Shown here: piece by piece, positions 60,388 through 64,000 of the stretch
How the letters are laid out: every line of letters starts with the position of its first letter
Numbering within the stretch: position 1 is the stretch's first letter
Assembly (NCBI GenBank): GCA_963705165.1
Contig: CAVPJD010000011.1
Location: 32,001 to 96,000, forward strand
DNA length: 64,000 nt
Origin: an uncultured delta proteobacterium
GTDB taxonomy: Bacteria; Desulfobacterota; Syntrophia; Syntrophales; UBA2192
Direction of reading: 5' to 3'
The notes under the pieces: generated by a model
Seen by the model: only the letters and a program-made list of their open reading frames with translations
What the model was told of the DNA's origin: nothing
Databases searched by the model: none
Position numbers and translations under genes: made by a program

Positions 60388-60983
60388 TCAGATCACAGTC
60401 ATGAATTCCCGACCCACTTTCCTGTTTTCAAAGTATGTCTTAAGGTTCTCGGGCAAGTCTTCGAGTGGAGCGGTGCGACCGGCGGCTCTTGATCGATGTT
60501 GAGCATGGCGCCCATAACGACTTCCAGAAGCATGGGCAGCGGTGCGGAAGAGTAGACATTTCCCCTGTAGTGCCACTCGCGGCAATCGACTGCGGTATTG
60601 TTCTCGGTGAGGTCTCCGCAGGACTCGCACACCGACTCCCGGATGTCCTGGGCGATGTCCCGCCCGTTGATGCGGATCGTCGGGGAACTGAGAAGTGCGT
60701 GTTGTTTCGCCTCGTCTTCCGATTGCACGACGATTGCCCGGTACTTCAGTTCGATCCCCATTGCCTCCGCCACCGGGGTGAGAAGCCGCAGGGCATTCTC
60801 CAATTGATCCCCCGTCGGAACACACCGGGCACATACCGTCAAATCGATAACGACGAGTTCAATGTTCAGAACCCTGATTTCCTCGTTCCAGCCTGCATCA
60901 GCGGGGACCGCACAGACGTTTCCGGACTGTAATGTGGGCAGGTAAATCCTGCCTCCAGCTTTTTTATTCTGACTCTTATCCAT
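60388..60983 (-). CDS. DUF2703-like Cys-rich protein (probable frameshift near 60473)
   Basis: CARC..T, SSPTIRINGRD, CESC, VDCR.W; the PENLKTYF tail is in another frame. Confidence 0.75.
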
Positions 60984-61063
60984 ATCCGCCTCATCATTTA
61001 TATGTAGTCGTTAAACCGGCTCGATCCTCATTCGGCATATTCGAAATCCGCAACTTACCGTGC

Positions 61064-62188
61064 TCAGTAGACCATAAGATCCACAAGATATCCCGCCGCG
61101 ATGGCAACCAGAAAAACGTTCATCACGAAAGCGACGATCAGTTTTTTTTTGAACATGGACCCGAGAATAATCATCTCCGGGATGCTGGCCCCGGCACCGC
61201 CGATGATGAGTGCCAGAACCGTCCCAACCCCCATCCCCTTTCCGACCAGGGCGGCACTGATGGGGATCACCGTTTCGGCCCGGATGTACATGGGCACGCC
61301 AACAGCCGCCGCGATCGGGATGGACCAGGGGTTGCCCGGCCCGGCGAGAGTCACGACGAGGTCCTGCGGGAAAAAGCCGTAGATGAAGGCGCCGATGGCT
61401 GCACCGAGCAGAAGATACCAGAACACCCCCTTGAACGTCTCGACGGCGAACGACGATGCCCTCTTCATCTTTTCCTGAAAGGGTTCCCGCACCGAGTCGG
61501 ACACCGCGACGGGCGCTTCGAAGTTGGTCGTGCAACATATTGCTTGAGCCGGCTTCTGCGCAGCCGTCTCTTCTTCCCGGCCTCGGTTGGCTGCCGAAGA
61601 TTGCAGGGCGGTTAAGGTAATAAGGGGTGAGGTCTGAATGCTCCCGGGAGAGCAGCAACCGGCTGCAGCGGACTGGTTTCTCGGGGAAAGGGAAACAAGA
61701 TCCGGCTTGCTGGTTTCCGCGCAACAGGCTGCCTGAACATTCATCAGGGGTTTGACCTGCCCTTCCATGCCGAGTTTCGACAGCAGGAATGCCGCCGCCA
61801 TGGAACCGAGAAAGGTGACGGCGACATAAACCACTGTTACTTTGTAGCCCAGAAGCGAGAGCAACAACGCGATAATCACCGGGTTGAGAACGGGCGAAGA
61901 AAAAAGAAATGCCATCGTTGGACCGAAAGGCACGCCGCCCCGGAGCAGACCGGACGTTATCGGTACGGTGGAGCAGGAACAGAACGGCGTTATGGCGCCG
62001 AGTCCCGCACCCAGGAGGTATTGCACCCAGGTGAACCGGCCGGACAGAAAGTCCCTGATACGCGACGGGGGGAGATATTCCGTCAGCAGCCCGATGAGAA
62101 AAGAAACGGCAACGAAGATGAGGATCAGTTCACCGGCAATCTCCAGGAAAAACTCACCGGCAGTGACGAAATTATTGAATTCGAACAT
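61064..62188 (-). CDS. ArsP/DUF318-family permease 3 with Cys-rich central loop
   Basis: TPFCSCSTVP, SSPVLNP, GVPMY, GAGASIPE; loop contains three CC pairs. Confidence 0.88.
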   Translation of the reverse strand: MFEFNNFVTAGEFFLEIAGELILIFVAVSFLIGLLTEYLPPSRIRDFLSGRFTWVQYLLGAGLGAITPFCSCSTVPITSGLLRGGVPFGPTMAFLFSSPVLNPVIIALLLSLLGYKVTVVYVAVTFLGSMAAAFLLSKLGMEGQVKPLMNVQAACCAETSKPDLVSLSPRNQSAAAGCCSPGSIQTSPLITLTALQSSAANRGREEETAAQKPAQAICCTTNFEAPVAVSDSVREPFQEKMKRASSFAVETFKGVFWYLLLGAAIGAFIYGFFPQDLVVTLAGPGNPWSIPIAAAVGVPMYIRAETVIPISAALVGKGMGVGTVLALIIGGAGASIPEMIILGSMFKKKLIVAFVMNVFLVAIAAGYLVDLMVY

Positions 62189-62220
62189 CTGCAATTCTCC
62201 TATCCGCCTGATTTAGAACT

Positions 62221-62616
62221 CTATTCCTTCGAGAAACGCATTTTGATGTCTTCCATGAAAACAAGATGATCGTTCTCGAGCGCCTTATAAATATAAGGGA
62301 TCGTGGATCGCCAGGCCTCGAGCGCTACCTCGTAAGCCTTCATTCCCAAGGGGGTCAGGGTATAGACACGTCTTTTCCTCGCGCCCTTGAGCTGCTGATC
62401 CTCATGGATTTCCGCATAACCGTTCTGTGACAGCTCCTTGAGGAGGGGGTAAATCGTTCCAAAGGTGGAAACGCAGCATCCGCTGGTCATGGATTCCAAT
62501 TCCTTCAACACCCCGTAGCCATGGTTGGGTCCCTTGGACAAAATCTTCAGAACAAGAACCTTTGTGAGGCCGATATTGATCAGTGATTTCCAGTAATCCA
62601 AATCGGTAAGTCCCAT
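62221..62616 (-). CDS. PadR-family regulator with vicinal Cys pair
   Basis: HGYGV, GCC..FGTIYPLL, RRVYTLT. Confidence 0.88.
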   Translation of the reverse strand: MGLTDLDYWKSLINIGLTKVLVLKILSKGPNHGYGVLKELESMTSGCCVSTFGTIYPLLKELSQNGYAEIHEDQQLKGARKRRVYTLTPLGMKAYEVALEAWRSTIPYIYKALENDHLVFMEDIKMRFSKE

Positions 62617-62649
62617 CGGGTTACGACCTCCCTGAGCGGTAATTCCATT

Positions 62650-62699
62650 ATATTGATGATCTATATAATGATCACTATCATAATATTTCATTTTGTCAA
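62650..62699 (-). promoter_or_regulatory. Putative padR promoter/operator
   Basis: AT-rich palindrome TGATC-N8-GATCA (62657-62674); TTGACA on minus strand at 62694-62699. Confidence 0.5.
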
Positions 62700-62948
62700 A
62701 TCTTTTCTGTATGAATTGCTTAGGCCCGATCCGAACGGATCCGGCTGATCCCGGTAAGCTTGGTGCGAACCCGTCAATCAGCTAGGTTCTGCACAACAGA
62801 AGGAATACAGGAAAATGAAAGGCCTGTTCCTGCGTATGGGAACATTCAGCCCCGGCATATTGAATCGTTGTGTCCCCATCCTATCAAGCGGGATGGCCTG
62901 CTGTTTGCAGATCAAAGACGGTCAGATCCATCGAATGGAGGACGTATC

Positions 62949-63581
62949 GTGGCCAGCCGCAAATCGTTTAAACTGTTGACCTTTCTTCGATCCTTTTCCA
63001 TGTCTGTCGTTTTCTTCTGCCTGCTCGTTATAATCTGTTCCATCGCTCCTGCTGCCGGTGCGGAAAAGGAAGCGATCCCGTCTTACGGCCAGGGCCCCCA
63101 CGAGGTTCTCATCTTCTCGGACTACTTCTGTCCGCCCTGCCAGACACTGGAGCCGAAGCTCGAGCCGGTCCTGGATGCACTCTACAAACAGGGCAATGTA
63201 AAGATCCGCTTCGTGGACACGCCCATGCACAAGGAGACACCCCTGTTTGCCAAGTTCTATCTCTATGCCGCCAAGGCTGCCCCGGATTACAGGGCAGCCT
63301 TGCGGGCCAGACAGGTTCTTTTCGCATTGGCGGAGAAGGAGAATGTTTTCTGGATGGACGAGAGGATCGAGGAGGCGTTCCGGAAGGAAAAGATCGCCTA
63401 TAAACCTTTCGACTTCCGCACCGTCCAGCCCGAACTCAACAGGCTGATCAGTGAGCACCGGGTGGACTCCACACCGACCTGCGCGATCCTCTCCCAGGGC
63501 GCGAAGGCCCGGAAGTATGTCGGGGCGGGTGATATCCTGAAAGGGCTTCGGCCTCTCCAGACCGCTCCGGGAATGAAATAG
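62949..63581 (+). CDS. Exported DsbA-like thioredoxin-fold protein
   Basis: Signal peptide, DYFCPPC, STPT; paralog of the C-terminal half of 54522..55553. Confidence 0.82.
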   Translation: MASRKSFKLLTFLRSFSMSVVFFCLLVIICSIAPAAGAEKEAIPSYGQGPHEVLIFSDYFCPPCQTLEPKLEPVLDALYKQGNVKIRFVDTPMHKETPLFAKFYLYAAKAAPDYRAALRARQVLFALAEKENVFWMDERIEEAFRKEKIAYKPFDFRTVQPELNRLISEHRVDSTPTCAILSQGAKARKYVGAGDILKGLRPLQTAPGMK

Positions 63582-63586
63582 ATCCC

Positions 63587-64000
63587 TCAGGGCAGCGTCC
63601 CTGACGCGACGAGAATGCTGACGAACGCGTCCCCGCAGCCGCTCTGCGATGCGGCGCAGCAGTTCTCGCCGACGCAGTCGATCTTCACATCCATAAGACC
63701 CGCTTCGGTAAACCAACGGCCCACATCCGGCCGGTCGAACCCCATCCACCGGTCGCAGTGCTCCGTCCGGAGAAAGTCGAAATCGTGGCGGTCCAGATCG
63801 GTTATGACAAGCTTGCCGCCGGGTTTCAGGATGCGCGCCATCTCACGGATGGCTGCGGGGGGCGAGTCGACATGGTGGAGGTACATGTTGGCGAAGACAT
63901 AGTCCACAGAGCTGTCTTCCAGGGGCAGAGATTCCGCCTCGCCGATACGGCACTCGACGGCGCCGCCCTCACCGAATTTTCTTTTCATCTCTTCGAGCAT
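63587..64000 (-). CDS. Class I SAM methyltransferase, 3' part (start beyond the window)
   Basis: AESLP..VDYVFANMYLHH..LKPGG..TD; Cys-rich tail CVGENCC...C. Confidence 0.85.
   Translation of the reverse strand: MLEEMKRKFGEGGAVECRIGEAESLPLEDSSVDYVFANMYLHHVDSPPAAIREMARILKPGGKLVITDLDRHDFDFLRTEHCDRWMGFDRPDVGRWFTEAGLMDVKIDCVGENCCAASQSGCGDAFVSILVASGTLP

Noticed and set aside
62815..62979. Small CC-containing ORF upstream of the dsbA-like gene
   Set aside because: No recognisable family, and it overlaps the better-supported GTG start at 62949.
63587..64000. Calling the methyltransferase arsM
   Set aside because: Only the 3' part is visible and the ArsM SNCV motif is absent (ANMY here). The Cys tail is suggestive only.

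Overview
GC-rich bacterial window whose gene content suggests an anaerobic Desulfobacterota/Syntrophales-type deltaproteobacterium (inference). Part 1 (1-11 kb): modF-like ABC ATPase, fbp plus class II aldolase, a formyltransferase/ArnD-like pair, a DDE IS element, a sigma54-driven PEP-CTERM gene, a RelBE-type toxin-antitoxin pair and a YHS protein. Part 2 (11-26 kb): housekeeping genes xseA-xseB-ispA-dxs-tlyA-ispH::ubiA-lipoprotein-nifU-ferredoxin-tmk-holB-ricT-metG, plus a deoxyhypusine-synthase-like gene. Part 3 (26-44 kb): orphan pilY1, a 2010-aa soluble multi-PAS histidine kinase, its sigma54 activator, a PAS-pseudokinase-REC protein, a CsgD-like LuxR regulator, tRNA-Ala and pilT. Four sigma54-type promoters with a shared enhancer-like motif lie in this block. 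Part 4 (44-64 kb): a ~20 kb arsenic/thiol-redox island with two ArsR, three ArsP-type permeases, an Acr3-USP-USP fusion, ArsC, several thioredoxin-fold proteins, CcdA, VKOR-DsbA, a thiolase, a ProC-like protein, TauE, FmdE, DUF2703, a PadR with a Cys pair and a methyltransferase. The island also holds a glutaredoxin-like selenoprotein candidate with two in-frame UGA codons that the ORF track misses. A nested, hairpin-rich non-coding element of ~140-230 bp occurs three times. Four single-base frameshifts are probably assembly errors.
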